A stretch of 64,000 bases of DNA from an uncultured Actinomycetes bacterium. Its GTDB lineage: Bacteria > Actinomycetota > Thermoleophilia > UBA2241. Shown here in pieces: positions 8,948 to 19,242 of this stretch. The notes below the pieces were generated by a model that saw only the letters and a list, made by a program, of their open reading frames with translations, was not told where the DNA came from and searched no databases. The translations under genes were made by a program, and so were the position numbers. The stretch is taken from assembly GCA_963767005.1 (NCBI GenBank), contig CAVYCN010000011.1:1-64000 (forward strand). The letters are read 5' to 3'. Numbering within the stretch: the first letter of the stretch is position 1; each line of letters opens with the position of its first letter.

Positions 8948-10641
8948 GCACGCTGCGCGCCCTCCTGCGCGACAGCCGCGTGCCGCCGGCCCGCGTCGCC
9001 GCCGCGGTCGCCCTCGGCGCCCTGTCGGTGCTGTCGAGCGTCGGCCTGCTCGCCTTCGCCGGCTACCTGATCTCGCGCAGCGCCGAGCGCCCGCCGGTGT
9101 TGTCGCTCACCGCCGTGATCGTCGCCGTGCGTTGCTTCGGCCTGGGCCGGCCACTCGCCCGTTACTTCGAGCGGCTCACCTCGCACGATCTCGCCTTTCG
9201 CACCCTGGCGCGCCTCCGCGTCGCCTTCTTCACGCGGCTCGAGCCCCTCGTGCCGGCCCGTCTCGAGGGCTATCGCCGGGGCGACCTGCTGGCCAGCATG
9301 GTCGGCGACGTCGACGCCCTGCAGAACCTGTTCCTACGAGGCCTCACGCCGCCGCTCGTCGGCCTCGTCGCCGGCGGCGCGGCGGTGGCCGTGTGTGCCG
9401 CCATCCTGCCGACCGCCGGCCTCGTTCTCGCCGCGGGGCTGCTCTGCGGCGGCGTCGCCCTGCCGCTCTATGCGGCCCGCGCCGGCCGGCGGTCGGGCGC
9501 GCGCCAGGCGCAGGCGAGGGCCGAGCTCACGGTCGAGCTCGTCGAGCTCCTGCGCGGCGCCCCCGAGCTCGTCGTGCTGGGCGCCGACGGCGCCGCCCTG
9601 GAGCGTGTCGCCGCGCTCGACGCCGAGCTCACAGGGCTGGCCCGCGCCGAGGCTCTGGTGAGCGGGCTCGTCGAGGGCCTGGGGGCCGCGGTCGTCGGCC
9701 TCACGGTGACCGGCGTGCTGTCGGCCGCCCTTTCGGCGCACGCCGACGGTCATCTCGGCCGCACCCTCATCGCCACCTTGGTGCTGCTCGCCCTGGGCTC
9801 GTTCGAGGCCGTCGCGCCCCTGCCGGCGGCGGCCCTGCGCCTGCGCGCGACCCTCGACTCCGGTCGCCGCCTGCTGGCGCTGGCCGGCCGCACGCCGGCC
9901 GTGACCGACCCGGCTGTGCCCGCCGCCGCGCCGGCCGCGGCGCCGGCCGCGGCGCCGGTCGCCTGCGAGGACGTCTCGTTCTCATACGGCGACGGCGAGA
10001 GCTGGGACCTGCGCGGCATCGACCTGAGCCTGCGGCCGGGGCGCCGGGTGGCGCTCGTCGGCCGCTCGGGCGCCGGCAAGAGCACGATCGCCGCGCTGCT
10101 CGTGCGGTTCCTCGACCCCGCGGCCGGCCGCGTGACGCTCGGCGACACCGACCTGCGCGACCTGCGCCAGGCCGACGTACGCGCCCGGATCGGCCTCGAC
10201 GCGCAGGATGCCTACCTGTTCTCGACCACGATCCGCGAGAACGTCCGCCTGGCGCGTCCCGGGGCGAGCGACGCCGAGATCGACGGCGCCCTGGCCGCCG
10301 CCCGCCTGTCGGACTGGGTGACGTCGCTGCCCGACGGTCTCGACACCTTCGTCGGCGAAGAGGGGACGCAGGTGTCGGGCGGCGAGCGGCGCCGACTCGC
10401 CCTCGCCCGCACCTTCCTGGCCGGCGCGCCGGTGATCGTCCTCGACGAGCCCACGAGCCACCTCGACCCCGAGACCGCCGCGGCGCTCGTGACCGACGCG
10501 CTCGGGGCGGCCGACACGCACACCGTGCTGCTGATCACCCACCGCCCCGAGGGCCTGGAGCTGGTCGACGAGGTCCTCACCCTGCGGCAGGGCCGCCTCA
10601 CACGCACGCCGGTCGGCACCCCCCTGCCGGCGCCCGCCTGA
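8944..10641 (+). CDS. cydC: Thiol reductant ABC exporter subunit CydC
   Basis: ATG at 8944 overlaps the cydD stop; RYFERLTSHD, GDLLASMVGDVD, GRSGAGKS, VSGGERRR. Confidence 0.93.
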   Translation: MSTLRALLRDSRVPPARVAAAVALGALSVLSSVGLLAFAGYLISRSAERPPVLSLTAVIVAVRCFGLGRPLARYFERLTSHDLAFRTLARLRVAFFTRLEPLVPARLEGYRRGDLLASMVGDVDALQNLFLRGLTPPLVGLVAGGAAVAVCAAILPTAGLVLAAGLLCGGVALPLYAARAGRRSGARQAQARAELTVELVELLRGAPELVVLGADGAALERVAALDAELTGLARAEALVSGLVEGLGAAVVGLTVTGVLSAALSAHADGHLGRTLIATLVLLALGSFEAVAPLPAAALRLRATLDSGRRLLALAGRTPAVTDPAVPAAAPAAAPAAAPVACEDVSFSYGDGESWDLRGIDLSLRPGRRVALVGRSGAGKSTIAALLVRFLDPAAGRVTLGDTDLRDLRQADVRARIGLDAQDAYLFSTTIRENVRLARPGASDAEIDGALAAARLSDWVTSLPDGLDTFVGEEGTQVSGGERRRLALARTFLAGAPVIVLDEPTSHLDPETAAALVTDALGAADTHTVLLITHRPEGLELVDEVLTLRQGRLTRTPVGTPLPAPA

Positions 10642-10796
10642 CACCTGCCTGCCCGCCCTGGCCTGACGCCTGCCTGCCCTGGTCTGACGGCGACACCGCG
10701 GCGCGCGTCACGATAGGCTTGGCCCGGACGGCTCAGTCGCTGCCCGGCGGGCCCACCGGGCAGCGCCGCCGGCGGCCACGACAGACGGAGGACGAG

Positions 10797-11306
10797 GTGG
10801 ACCTGTTCGAGGCGATCGCGACGCGCTACAGCGTGCGCGGCTACCGGCCCGACCCGATCGACGACGAGACGCTTGCCCGGGTGCTCGAGGCGGCGCGGCG
10901 CGCGCCCACGGCCTCCAACCGTCAGCCGTTCCGCGTCATCGTGGTCCATACGAAAGGGCGCGAAGACGAGCTCCTGCGCGTCTACGGGCGGCCCTGGTTC
11001 GTGCAGGCGCCGCTCGTGCTGGCCATGGTCGCGGTGCCGGGCGAGGCCTGGCGGCGCATGGACGACAAGCCCTACGACGAGGTCGACGCCACGATCGCCA
11101 TGGACCACCTGGTCCTCGCCGCCACCGCGCTCGGCCTCGGCACCTGCTGGATCGCCGCCTTCGACCCCGACGCCGCGCGCGCGGTGTTCGGCCTGCCCGA
11201 CGACGTCGAGCCGATCGCCTTCACCCCCCTGGGCCTACCCGACAAGCCCGCGGCCGCGACCGGCCGCCGGCCGCTCGAGGAGCTCGTGCGTTACGAGCGC
11301 TGGTGA
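10797..11306 (+). CDS. Nitroreductase family protein
   Basis: GTG after GGAGG; AIATRYSVRGY, APTASNRQP, ATALGLGTCWI. Confidence 0.92.
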   Translation: MDLFEAIATRYSVRGYRPDPIDDETLARVLEAARRAPTASNRQPFRVIVVHTKGREDELLRVYGRPWFVQAPLVLAMVAVPGEAWRRMDDKPYDEVDATIAMDHLVLAATALGLGTCWIAAFDPDAARAVFGLPDDVEPIAFTPLGLPDKPAAATGRRPLEELVRYERW

Positions 11307-11394
11307 GTCGAGGCACGCGTGGATGACCGTCCGCCGGTGATCGGAACGGATCGAGGGTCCCGTCGATGACGGACCGCGACCGGACGGTGGTCCG

Positions 11395-11877
11395 ATGAGC
11401 GGCGCCCCCTGGAGGCTGCCGCCGACCGCCAAGGTCTACGAGGCCTTCAGCGCCCTGGCCGACGGCCGCGTTCACCTGGGCCCACCGGGGCGAGCCGAGG
11501 TCGAGTCGTCGGGCCGCGACCGGCGCTACGAGGTGGAGTGGAGCCACGACTTCGGCGTGGTCGGCGCCAACGACAACGCCTCGTACTGGCAGGGCTACCT
11601 TGGTTATCCGGCGATCGCCGCGCTACTTGCGGCGGGGGGGCTGCAGGCCGAGGGCGCGATCGTCGAGCTGCTGGCCGGCGTGCCTTGGCATGAGCTCAAC
11701 CGGCGCTTCCGGCGCGACTATGCAGCCGCGGTCGACAGCGTGCTGGCCGACCTCGAGCGGCGTGGTGTCGACCGCACTCCGATCGTCGCCGCAGCCGACG
11801 CGGTACTGGCCCAGCTCGCAGCGCTCGCCCCGCTCAGGGGGCCGCGCCGGCGGCCACCGGCGCAGGCGCGCGGCTGA
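11395..11877 (+). CDS. Conserved hypothetical protein
   Basis: 160 aa with a plausible globular sequence (KVYEAFSALADGR, NDNASYWQGYLGYP) and GC3-biased codons. Confidence 0.75.
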   Translation: MSGAPWRLPPTAKVYEAFSALADGRVHLGPPGRAEVESSGRDRRYEVEWSHDFGVVGANDNASYWQGYLGYPAIAALLAAGGLQAEGAIVELLAGVPWHELNRRFRRDYAAAVDSVLADLERRGVDRTPIVAAADAVLAQLAALAPLRGPRRRPPAQARG

Positions 11878-11878
11878 C

Positions 11879-14119
11879 CTACACCAGGCTCAGGTCGGGC
11901 ACCTCGAGCTCTTCGGCGGCGACCACCGCGGCCTCTTCTTCGACCGGCTCGACCGACAGGTGCGGCAGGCCCCGCTCGAGCGCCGCCGGCAGCCACCAGT
12001 TGCGCCGCCCGAACAGATGCATGAGCGAGGGCACGAGCACGGTGCGGATGACCACGGCGTCGAGGAACACGGCCGAAGCGAGGCCGATGCCGGCCTCGGC
12101 GATGATGCGCTGACCGCCGAGCGCGAAGGCCAGAAAGACGCAGACCATGATGGCCGCCGCGGCCGTGATCACGCGTCCCGTGGTGGCCTGGCCGATCGTC
12201 ACCGCGCGCTCGTTGTCGCCGCCGTGCACCCACTCCTCGTGCATGCGGCTCACCAGGAACACCTGGTAGTCCATCGACAGGCCGAACAGGATGGCAAGCA
12301 TCATCACCGGCAGGAAGGCCTCGACCGGACCCGGCTTGCCGAGCCCGAGCAGCTTCGCGCCCCAGCCCCACTGAAAGAACACGACGAGCACACCGAACGA
12401 GGCGCCGGCGGAGAGCAGGTTCATGCAGGCCGCCGTGGCCGGCACCACCACGCTGCGGAAGGCGATCAGCAGCAGCAGGAACCCGAGGGCGATGATGACC
12501 CCGATGAAGAGCGGCAGCTTGTGACTGATGACCGCGGCGAAGTCGTCGAAGATGGCGGTGCTGCCCCCCACGTACACGCGCAGCGTCGTGCCGCGCTCGA
12601 TCGGCGGGATCACGTCGCGTCGCAGCCGGTCGATCAGCTGCGACGTGCGCGCATCCTGGGGCGACGTCGTCGGGAACACCTCGACGATCGCGAGCTTGGC
12701 GCCGGGCTGTCCGGGCAGGGGGTAGACGGCGGCCACTCCGGGCTGCTTCGTGAGCGTCTTCTCGAGTCGCTGCAGGGCCAGCGTGTTGACGAACTGAGCG
12801 TGGCTCGGGCCGCTGCCGGACTTGGTGCCTTTTGAGTCGGTCTGCGCGACCAGCACGAGCGGCCCGTTGAAGCCCGGGCCGAAACCGCTCGCCAGCATGT
12901 CGTAGGCCGTGCGCGTGGTCGTGCCGGCGCGGTCGTTGCCGGCGTCGGACAGGCCCTGACGCAGCGAGAAGAAGGGGATCGCCAGCACGAGCATGACCGC
13001 GACCGCGCAGGCGCCCAGCACGACGGGCCGGCGGGCCACGATGCGCGCCCAGCGCGACCAGAAGCCCGTCGCGTGCGCGTGCTCGGGGCCGTGCTCCGCC
13101 AGGCGGCGCCGCTCGCGCCCGCTCAGCAGGTTCAGGCCGAGAAAGCCGAACAGCGCCGGCAGCAGGGTGACGGCGCCCGCCATGGCGAGCAGGACGCTCA
13201 TCGCCGACGTGACGGCGAGGCCGTCCATGAACTTGAGACGCAGCACGAGCAGGCCGAGCAGGGCGATGCACACGGTGCCACCGGCGAACAGCACGGCCCG
13301 GCCGGCGGTGTTCAGGGCGCGCACGGCCGACTCCTCGGGCGGCAGGCCGGCGCGCATGCCGTCGCGGTGCCGGGTCACGATGAAGAGCGCGTAGTCGATG
13401 CCCACGCCAAGGCCGATCAGGTCGGCGAGCGTCGGAGCGAACGTGGTCACGCCCATGGCGTGCGAGAACAGGCCGATCCCGAAGGTGGCGGTGCCCAGGG
13501 CGGCGCTCGCCGTGATGAGCGGCAGCGCCATGCCGGGCAGCGAGCCGAAGGCGATGAGGATGATGACGGCCGCCGCGGCGACGCCGATCAGCACGCTGTT
13601 CGAGGGCGGCGTGTAGGTGGCCTGCTCGATGGCCTGACCGCCGATCGCGACCTCGAGACCGTGCTGGTTGGCCGCCTTCACCAGATCGACGACCTTGACG
13701 ATGTCGGGCCGCGGGATCTCGGGGGCGAGCTTGGTGAAGAGGATGGTCGCGTAGGCGGTGCGCCCGTCGCGGCTGACCTGCGCGGCGCCGACCTTGGAAT
13801 ACGGACTGGTCACGGCCGCGACCGAGGGCGAGTGCGAAACGAGCTGCAGGAGGGCGGTCATACGCGAGCGCACGGCCGGGTCTGAGACGCTGCCGCTGGC
13901 CACGTGCCAGACGAGCGAGTCGGAGTCGCCCGACTGCTTGGGCATGGCCGCCGTCAGCATGGAGAGCGCCTTCGACGACTCGGTGCCGGGCAGGTTGAAG
14001 CTGTTGGAGTAGGCGTTGCCGACGGCGCGATCGATACCGAAGAAGCTGGCCAGCACGGCGAGCCAGACGACGAGCACGACGACCCGATGCCGATAGCACC
14101 AGTGGGCAAATGAAGCCAT
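11879..14119 (-). CDS. MMPL (RND-like) family transporter
   Basis: GLGVGIDYALF, FGPGFNGP, FGLSMDYQVFLVSR, TGRVIT motifs; ATG after GAGGAG. Confidence 0.95.
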   Translation of the reverse strand: MASFAHWCYRHRVVVLVVWLAVLASFFGIDRAVGNAYSNSFNLPGTESSKALSMLTAAMPKQSGDSDSLVWHVASGSVSDPAVRSRMTALLQLVSHSPSVAAVTSPYSKVGAAQVSRDGRTAYATILFTKLAPEIPRPDIVKVVDLVKAANQHGLEVAIGGQAIEQATYTPPSNSVLIGVAAAAVIILIAFGSLPGMALPLITASAALGTATFGIGLFSHAMGVTTFAPTLADLIGLGVGIDYALFIVTRHRDGMRAGLPPEESAVRALNTAGRAVLFAGGTVCIALLGLLVLRLKFMDGLAVTSAMSVLLAMAGAVTLLPALFGFLGLNLLSGRERRRLAEHGPEHAHATGFWSRWARIVARRPVVLGACAVAVMLVLAIPFFSLRQGLSDAGNDRAGTTTRTAYDMLASGFGPGFNGPLVLVAQTDSKGTKSGSGPSHAQFVNTLALQRLEKTLTKQPGVAAVYPLPGQPGAKLAIVEVFPTTSPQDARTSQLIDRLRRDVIPPIERGTTLRVYVGGSTAIFDDFAAVISHKLPLFIGVIIALGFLLLLIAFRSVVVPATAACMNLLSAGASFGVLVVFFQWGWGAKLLGLGKPGPVEAFLPVMMLAILFGLSMDYQVFLVSRMHEEWVHGGDNERAVTIGQATTGRVITAAAAIMVCVFLAFALGGQRIIAEAGIGLASAVFLDAVVIRTVLVPSLMHLFGRRNWWLPAALERGLPHLSVEPVEEEAAVVAAEELEVPDLSLV

Positions 14120-14313
14120 AGTCACTCCTCGAGCGGCGGCGACCCGGTCGCCTCGGCTTGCGGGAGCCCCCGGCGGGGGCACCTCATTGTATCGGCCGCT
14201 GGGCCCGTGTGCTGCACCCCCGCCGTATGTGGGTAGAACGGCGGCGGGCGCGGGCCGCACACGGCGCCCCCGTGCCCACCGGCCCGGCGACGCCAACGAC
14301 TGGAGGGTGACCC

Positions 14314-15171
14314 GTGGACGAGGAGCTCATGCCGAGCGCGCCGGCGCGGCCGGCCGACCTCGAGGCAGCGGCCGCGGCGGTGGCGCGGCGCGCCGCGGCG
14401 GCCCAGGTCGAGGGCCGCATGCCGGCCCTCTACCTGGGCCACGGCGCGCCGCCGCTCGTCGACGACGCCCTCTGGGTCGCGCAGCTCGGCGCCTGGGCGC
14501 GGGCGCTGCCGCGGCCGCGCGCCGTCCTCATGGTCTCGGCTCACTGGGAGGCGGCGCCCGTCACCCTCGGCGCTACGCGCGACGGCGTCCCTCTGACGTA
14601 CGACTTCTACGGCTTCCCCGAGCGTTACTACCGGGCGCGGTACCCGGCCCCGGCCGCGCCGGAGCTCGCCGACCGCGTGAGCGAGCTGCTCGCCCCCGAC
14701 CTGATCGCCCGGCATCCGACACGTGGCCTCGACCACGGTGCCTACGTGCCGCTGCTCGTCATGTATCCCGACGCCGACGTGCCGGTGCTGCAGGTCTCGC
14801 TGCCCGGCCTCGAGCCGCAGCGCCTGCTCGAGCTCGGCGCGCGCCTGCGGCCGCTGCGCGACGAGGGCGTGCTGATCGTCGGCAGCGGCTTTCTGACCCA
14901 CGGCCTGCCGTTCCTGCGCGACTTCCGCGTCGACGCCCCACCGCCGTCGTGGTCGAGCGAGTTCGACGCCTGGGCGGCCGCCGCCCTCGAGCAGGGCGAC
15001 GTCGACACCCTGGCCGGCTTTCGCGCGGCGCCCGGTGGACGCTACGCCCACCCCACCACAGAGCACTTCGTGCCGCTCTTCGTCACGCTGGGCGCCGGCG
15101 AGGGCCCCGCAGTGACCACGATCGACGGCTACTTCCTGGGGCTCTCGAAGCGTTCGGTGCAGGTGGCCTGA
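14314..15171 (+). CDS. DODA-type (LigB family) extradiol dioxygenase
   Basis: YLGHGAP, SAHWE, YDFYGFP, RGLDHG, GSGFLTH, AHPTTEHFVPL. Confidence 0.9.
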   Translation: MDEELMPSAPARPADLEAAAAAVARRAAAAQVEGRMPALYLGHGAPPLVDDALWVAQLGAWARALPRPRAVLMVSAHWEAAPVTLGATRDGVPLTYDFYGFPERYYRARYPAPAAPELADRVSELLAPDLIARHPTRGLDHGAYVPLLVMYPDADVPVLQVSLPGLEPQRLLELGARLRPLRDEGVLIVGSGFLTHGLPFLRDFRVDAPPPSWSSEFDAWAAAALEQGDVDTLAGFRAAPGGRYAHPTTEHFVPLFVTLGAGEGPAVTTIDGYFLGLSKRSVQVA

Positions 15172-15235
15172 CCGGCGCTCGTGCGCCGCGGCGATCTCGG
15201 CGCTGCGCCCCGCGCGGAGCCACGCCGCGAAAGGG

Positions 15236-15691
15236 CTAGCTGCCCCGCTCCGCGTCGCGGCAGCGCGCGCAGACGCCGAAGACCTCGACCGCGTGGCTCA
15301 CGTCGCTGTAGCCGAGCGACGCGGCGACGCGCTCGGCCCAGCCGGCGAGCTCGGGGCACTCGGTCTCGGCGCTGCGCCCGCAGACGCGGCAGACGATGTG
15401 ATGGTGGTGCTCGCCGCTGCGACACCAGCGGTAGGCCACCTCGCCGTCGGGCTGACGCAGCACGTCGACGTCGCCGTCGTCGACCAGGCGTTGCAGGTGG
15501 CGGTACACGGTGGTCAGGCCGATGCGCTCGCCCGCGTCGCGCAGGGCGGCATGGATGTCCTGAGCGCCGCGAAACGAGGGCGAGACGCGCAGGGCGTCCT
15601 CGATCGCCTTGCCCTGGCGCGTGGCGCGTCGCGTCGCAGCGGCCTGATGAGCGGCGACGACGTGCCGCGGCCCGCCGGCCTGCCCGCTCAT
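15236..15691 (-). CDS. zur: Fur family regulator, probably Zur
   Basis: GLTTVYR, HHHHIVCRVCG and C-terminal CxxC; last gene of a metal ABC operon. Confidence 0.85.
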   Translation of the reverse strand: MSGQAGGPRHVVAAHQAAATRRATRQGKAIEDALRVSPSFRGAQDIHAALRDAGERIGLTTVYRHLQRLVDDGDVDVLRQPDGEVAYRWCRSGEHHHHIVCRVCGRSAETECPELAGWAERVAASLGYSDVSHAVEVFGVCARCRDAERGS

Positions 15692-16545
15692 GCCGCCATC
15701 CTCCCGGCCGCCGCGCCGGCGGCGCGGCCGGCCGCCGCCCTGGTCCAGCGCCCGACGAGACGCGCCACCACATAGATCGCGAAGCTGATCGCCACGATGA
15801 ACACGCTGGGCTTGACCGTGGTGCTCTCGAGCGAGATGAGCAGGCCCCCGTCGGCCGCGGCGAGGGCGAAGACGATCGACAGCACGGCCACCACGAGCGG
15901 GCTGTTCGCCAGGCGATGGGCGGCCGCGGCCGGCGTGATCGCCAGGCTGAGCACGAGCAGCGTGCCGACCACCTGGGCGGCTTCGGTCACGGTGAAGGCC
16001 AGGACGAACAGAAAGACGATGCCGAGCAGACGCACCCGCACGCCCCGGGCTACGGCCACCTCGGGGTCGACCGACGCGAACAGCAGCGGCCGGTAGATCG
16101 CGATCATGGCGACGGCCACCGCCACGGCGATCGCGCCGAGCAGCAGCAGTTGCCGGCTGCTCACGCCGAAGATGTTGCCGAACAGGATGTTGGTCGCCTC
16201 GCTGGCAAAGCCATGGTAGAAGCTCAGCAGCAGCACGCCGAGGCCCATGCCGGCCGCCAGGATCACGCCGATCGACGAGTCGCGCTCGCGCTCGCGCACG
16301 CCGAGCGCCCCGATCAGGCCGCCGACCACGACCGCACCCACGAGGGCGCCGGCGACGGCGTTGCCGGCGACGAGCAGACCGGCCGCCGCGCCGGTGAAGG
16401 CGAGCTCGCTCGTGCCGTGCACGGCGAAGGCCATGCCGCGCGTGATCACGAAGGGGCCGATCAGGCCGCAGGCGAGCGCCACGAGCGCGGCCGCGAGCAG
16501 GGCGTGCTGGGCGAACGGCTGGCCGAGGTACTGGCCGATCGTCAT
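15688..16545 (-). CDS. Zn/Mn ABC transporter permease
   Basis: ABC-3 type: FAVHGTSELAFTG, LFGNIFGV, VGTLLVLSL. Confidence 0.92.
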   Translation of the reverse strand: MTIGQYLGQPFAQHALLAAALVALACGLIGPFVITRGMAFAVHGTSELAFTGAAAGLLVAGNAVAGALVGAVVVGGLIGALGVRERERDSSIGVILAAGMGLGVLLLSFYHGFASEATNILFGNIFGVSSRQLLLLGAIAVAVAVAMIAIYRPLLFASVDPEVAVARGVRVRLLGIVFLFVLAFTVTEAAQVVGTLLVLSLAITPAAAAHRLANSPLVVAVLSIVFALAAADGGLLISLESTTVKPSVFIVAISFAIYVVARLVGRWTRAAAGRAAGAAAGRMAA

Positions 16546-17477
16546 GGCTCCTCCCAGGGGGGCTGCTCGGGGCACACGGGTCCGTGGTGTCCGTCGGCGA
16601 CGGCGTCGTCTTCGGGGGTCAGCACGACGAGACGGCCGCCAAGCCGCACGACGTCGACCTCGGTGCCGTAGAGCCCGCTCAGGCGCTCGCGTGTGAGGAT
16701 CTCGTCGGGCCGGCCGACGGCGAAGCGCCCGCCGACCAGGTACAGGACGCGGTCTACGTAGGGCAGGACCGGGTTGATGTCGTGCGTGACGAACACGACG
16801 GTCGTGCCGGACCGCCGGCGCCGCTCGTCGAGCAACCCCGTGATGACGCGCTGCTGGGCGACGTCGAGCGACAGCAGGGGCTCGTCGCAGAGCAGGATGG
16901 CCGGGTCGCCGAGCAGCGCCTGAGCGATGCGCAGGCGCTGCTGCTCGCCGCCCGAAAGGCGGCCGACGGGCGCGGCGGCAAAGGCCGCCGCGCCCACCGC
17001 CGCGATCACCTCGTCGACCCGCCGCCGGGTCTCGCGACCGCCGGTCAGCACGCCGGGCCGGTGGCCGTCGAGCCCGAACCGCACGAGGTCGCGGCCACGC
17101 ACGGGCAGGTCGCGGTCGAAGGCGCGCTGCTGCGGGATGTAGCCGATCCGCCCACTGCCGCGCCGCGGCGGCCGGCCCTCGATCTCGACACGTCCGCTCG
17201 AGGGGCGCTCGAGGCCCAGGACGACCTTGAGCAGCGTCGTCTTGCCGGCCCCGTTCGGACCCAGCACGGCCAGGAACTCGCCGCGCGCGACGGTCAGGTC
17301 GAGGCTCTCCCAGATGCGGCGCCCGCCGTACGACATGGCGGCGCCCTCGAGGCGGATGGCCGGCGGGGCGGCCGGCGCGCCGGCCGCCCCGCCGGCCGCC
17401 CCGCCGCGCGCCTCGAGGCCGCCGCAGGCGGGCTCGGGGGTCTCGTCGCGCCGCGGCTGTCCGGCGGCCTCAGCCAC
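16542..17477 (-). CDS. Zn/Mn ABC transporter ATP-binding protein
   Basis: GPNGAGKT, LSGGEQQR, LLCDEP. Confidence 0.93.
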   Translation of the reverse strand: MAEAAGQPRRDETPEPACGGLEARGGAAGGAAGAPAAPPAIRLEGAAMSYGGRRIWESLDLTVARGEFLAVLGPNGAGKTTLLKVVLGLERPSSGRVEIEGRPPRRGSGRIGYIPQQRAFDRDLPVRGRDLVRFGLDGHRPGVLTGGRETRRRVDEVIAAVGAAAFAAAPVGRLSGGEQQRLRIAQALLGDPAILLCDEPLLSLDVAQQRVITGLLDERRRRSGTTVVFVTHDINPVLPYVDRVLYLVGGRFAVGRPDEILTRERLSGLYGTEVDVVRLGGRLVVLTPEDDAVADGHHGPVCPEQPPWEEP

Positions 17478-18471
17478 CGAGGGCTCGCAGGATGGCTCTC
17501 GCCTGGCTTGCCTGCCAGGCCTGGAAGGTCTCGCCGAGGGGCTGCGTCTCGGTCACGGCGACGACCGGCACGCCGGCCTGCCGGGCGAGCGCGAGCACGT
17601 GCTGCGTGACGGCGCTTGTCGCCTGCGTGTTGTAGAGCAGCAGGCGGATCGCGTGACGGCTGATCAGGCTCTCCATCGCCACGGTGTCGCCCGCGCTCGG
17701 CTCGTTGCCGTTCTCGACGGCGGTGGCGAAACCGGGCGGCGTGACGTTCGCGAGGCCGGCGTCGGCCACCAGGTAGCCCGGCACGCGCTCGGTGTAGGCG
17801 ACCGGCTGGCCCCCGTACCCGGCCGCGATCCGCTCGACGACCGCGAGCGCCGGCCGCAGCGACGCGTCGAACCGGGCGAGGCCGGCGCGGTAGGCCGTCG
17901 CGCCGGCCGGATCGGCGGCCACCAGGGCGCGCTCGATCGCGGCGGCCACGAGCGGCACGCGCCGCAGGTCGTACCAGAAATGGGGGTTCACGTCGCCGCC
18001 GGTCGCGCCGAGCACGCTCTGCACGGTCACGACCCGCGGGTGCGCCCCCGACGCGGAGAGGAGCTGACCCATGAAGTCGTCGTACCCCGCACCGTTGACG
18101 ATGACCACCGCGGCGCCCGCGACGGCGCCCGCGTCGGCGGCGTCGGACTGGTACAGATGAGGGTCGGCATTCGGGCTCGTAATGAACGAGGTCACGTGCA
18201 CGCGCGCGCCGCCGATCTGGGTCGCGACGCCGCCCCACACGTCCTCGCCGGCCACGACCTGCAGCTTGCCGGCGCCGGCGTTGCCGGTGCCCGTGCCGCA
18301 GGCCGCCAGCACGAGCGCCGCCCCGAGTACGAGCGCCGTCGCCAGCACGAGCGCCGCCCCAGGCACGAGGGCTCGGGCAGACACGAGGAGCCCGGCAAGC
18401 GCCTTCGAGCGGCCGGCGGCGAGGCGGTCGGACGAGTCGTACTTCCATGACGGGATGCAGACGGGCGTCAT
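17470..18471 (-). CDS. Zn/Mn ABC transporter substrate-binding lipoprotein
   Basis: Lipobox LAAC, DPHLY, NGAGYD, NPHFW; the start position is approximate. Confidence 0.9.
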   Translation of the reverse strand: MTPVCIPSWKYDSSDRLAAGRSKALAGLLVSARALVPGAALVLATALVLGAALVLAACGTGTGNAGAGKLQVVAGEDVWGGVATQIGGARVHVTSFITSPNADPHLYQSDAADAGAVAGAAVVIVNGAGYDDFMGQLLSASGAHPRVVTVQSVLGATGGDVNPHFWYDLRRVPLVAAAIERALVAADPAGATAYRAGLARFDASLRPALAVVERIAAGYGGQPVAYTERVPGYLVADAGLANVTPPGFATAVENGNEPSAGDTVAMESLISRHAIRLLLYNTQATSAVTQHVLALARQAGVPVVAVTETQPLGETFQAWQASQARAILRALGG

Positions 18472-18477
18472 GGCCGA

Positions 18478-18497
18478 AATGATAACCGTTTTCACTA
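18478..18497 (-). promoter_or_regulatory. Zur/Fur box
   Basis: 7-1-7 dyad TGAAAAC-G-GTTATCA (minus strand), about 8 nt upstream of the binding-protein ATG. Confidence 0.8.
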
Positions 18498-18643
18498 AGC
18501 GTCCAAACCTGGAGCTCTCCCGGGAAGGTCGGCGCCCCGCCGTCCGTCGTGCGGCGTGAGAAGCCCGACGAGCGGGAACGAGGCTCGCACAGGGGCAGCC
18601 CGGCGATGGGAGCGATGGACGCCATGCGGCGCACCGCGAACGC

Positions 18644-19229
18644 ATGAAGGCAGGGCTGGCGGCCGAGGCCCTCGGCCAGGCGTCGCTCGGAGAGGCGCGC
18701 GCCGAGCTGCTCGCCTTCGTCGTCGGCCTGCTGCTCACGTTCCTGGGCGTGCGCCTCAACACCCGGCTGATCCGGGCCCGGGTCTCGTGGTGGTTCCACG
18801 ACATCGAGCGTGGCGGCACGCACGTCCACCACATGGTCTTCGGCGTCGATAGTCGATGCGTGGCGATCGCCGTGGCTCGACTGTTCGCTCTTTGCGCCGG
18901 ATGGCTGCGGTCGTCAAGGGCTAGAGCCTTCTGCTCGGCGTCGGCGTGGCGCTGACGTCGGCGATTGGCGCTCGTCGCCATTCGAGGATGTGCGACTCGG
19001 TCGAGCAAGCCGGTCGCGTCTCGGCGCGCCGGGTCTCGCTCTCGGCGCCAGGACGCCCAGATACGCGCACCGGCCCGCCAAGCAGGCGCGCGCCGAGGAG
19101 CGAGAAGCCCGCCGCCACGAGCACGCCGCGCGGCTCAAGCTGCGGTTCTACGACGCGATCGCCGGCCGGCCGTCGGCCACGGCACTCGAAGATCCACCCG
19201 ACGAGCACGACGGCGGTGGCCGAGGCTGA
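18644..19229 (+). pseudogene. Decayed actinobacterial integral membrane protein gene
   Basis: N-terminus TRLIRARVSWW...HVHHMVFGV, middle LLGVGVALT...EQAGRVS and C-terminus RYAHRPAKQARAEERE...DAIAGRP lie in different frames, with TM segments apparently missing. Confidence 0.6.
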
Positions 19230-19242
19230 GGCGCAGCCGGCT

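Noticed and set aside
10642-10690. Imperfect CCTGCCTGCCC...CTGACG tandem repeat after cydC
   Set aside because: Two short degenerate copies, consistent with local slippage; no evidence of function.
14185-14216. Third sigma-28-like promoter (GCCGATAC) upstream of the MMPL gene
   Set aside because: It overlaps a good housekeeping -10 (TACAAT) and lacks a TCAW element at 15 nt.
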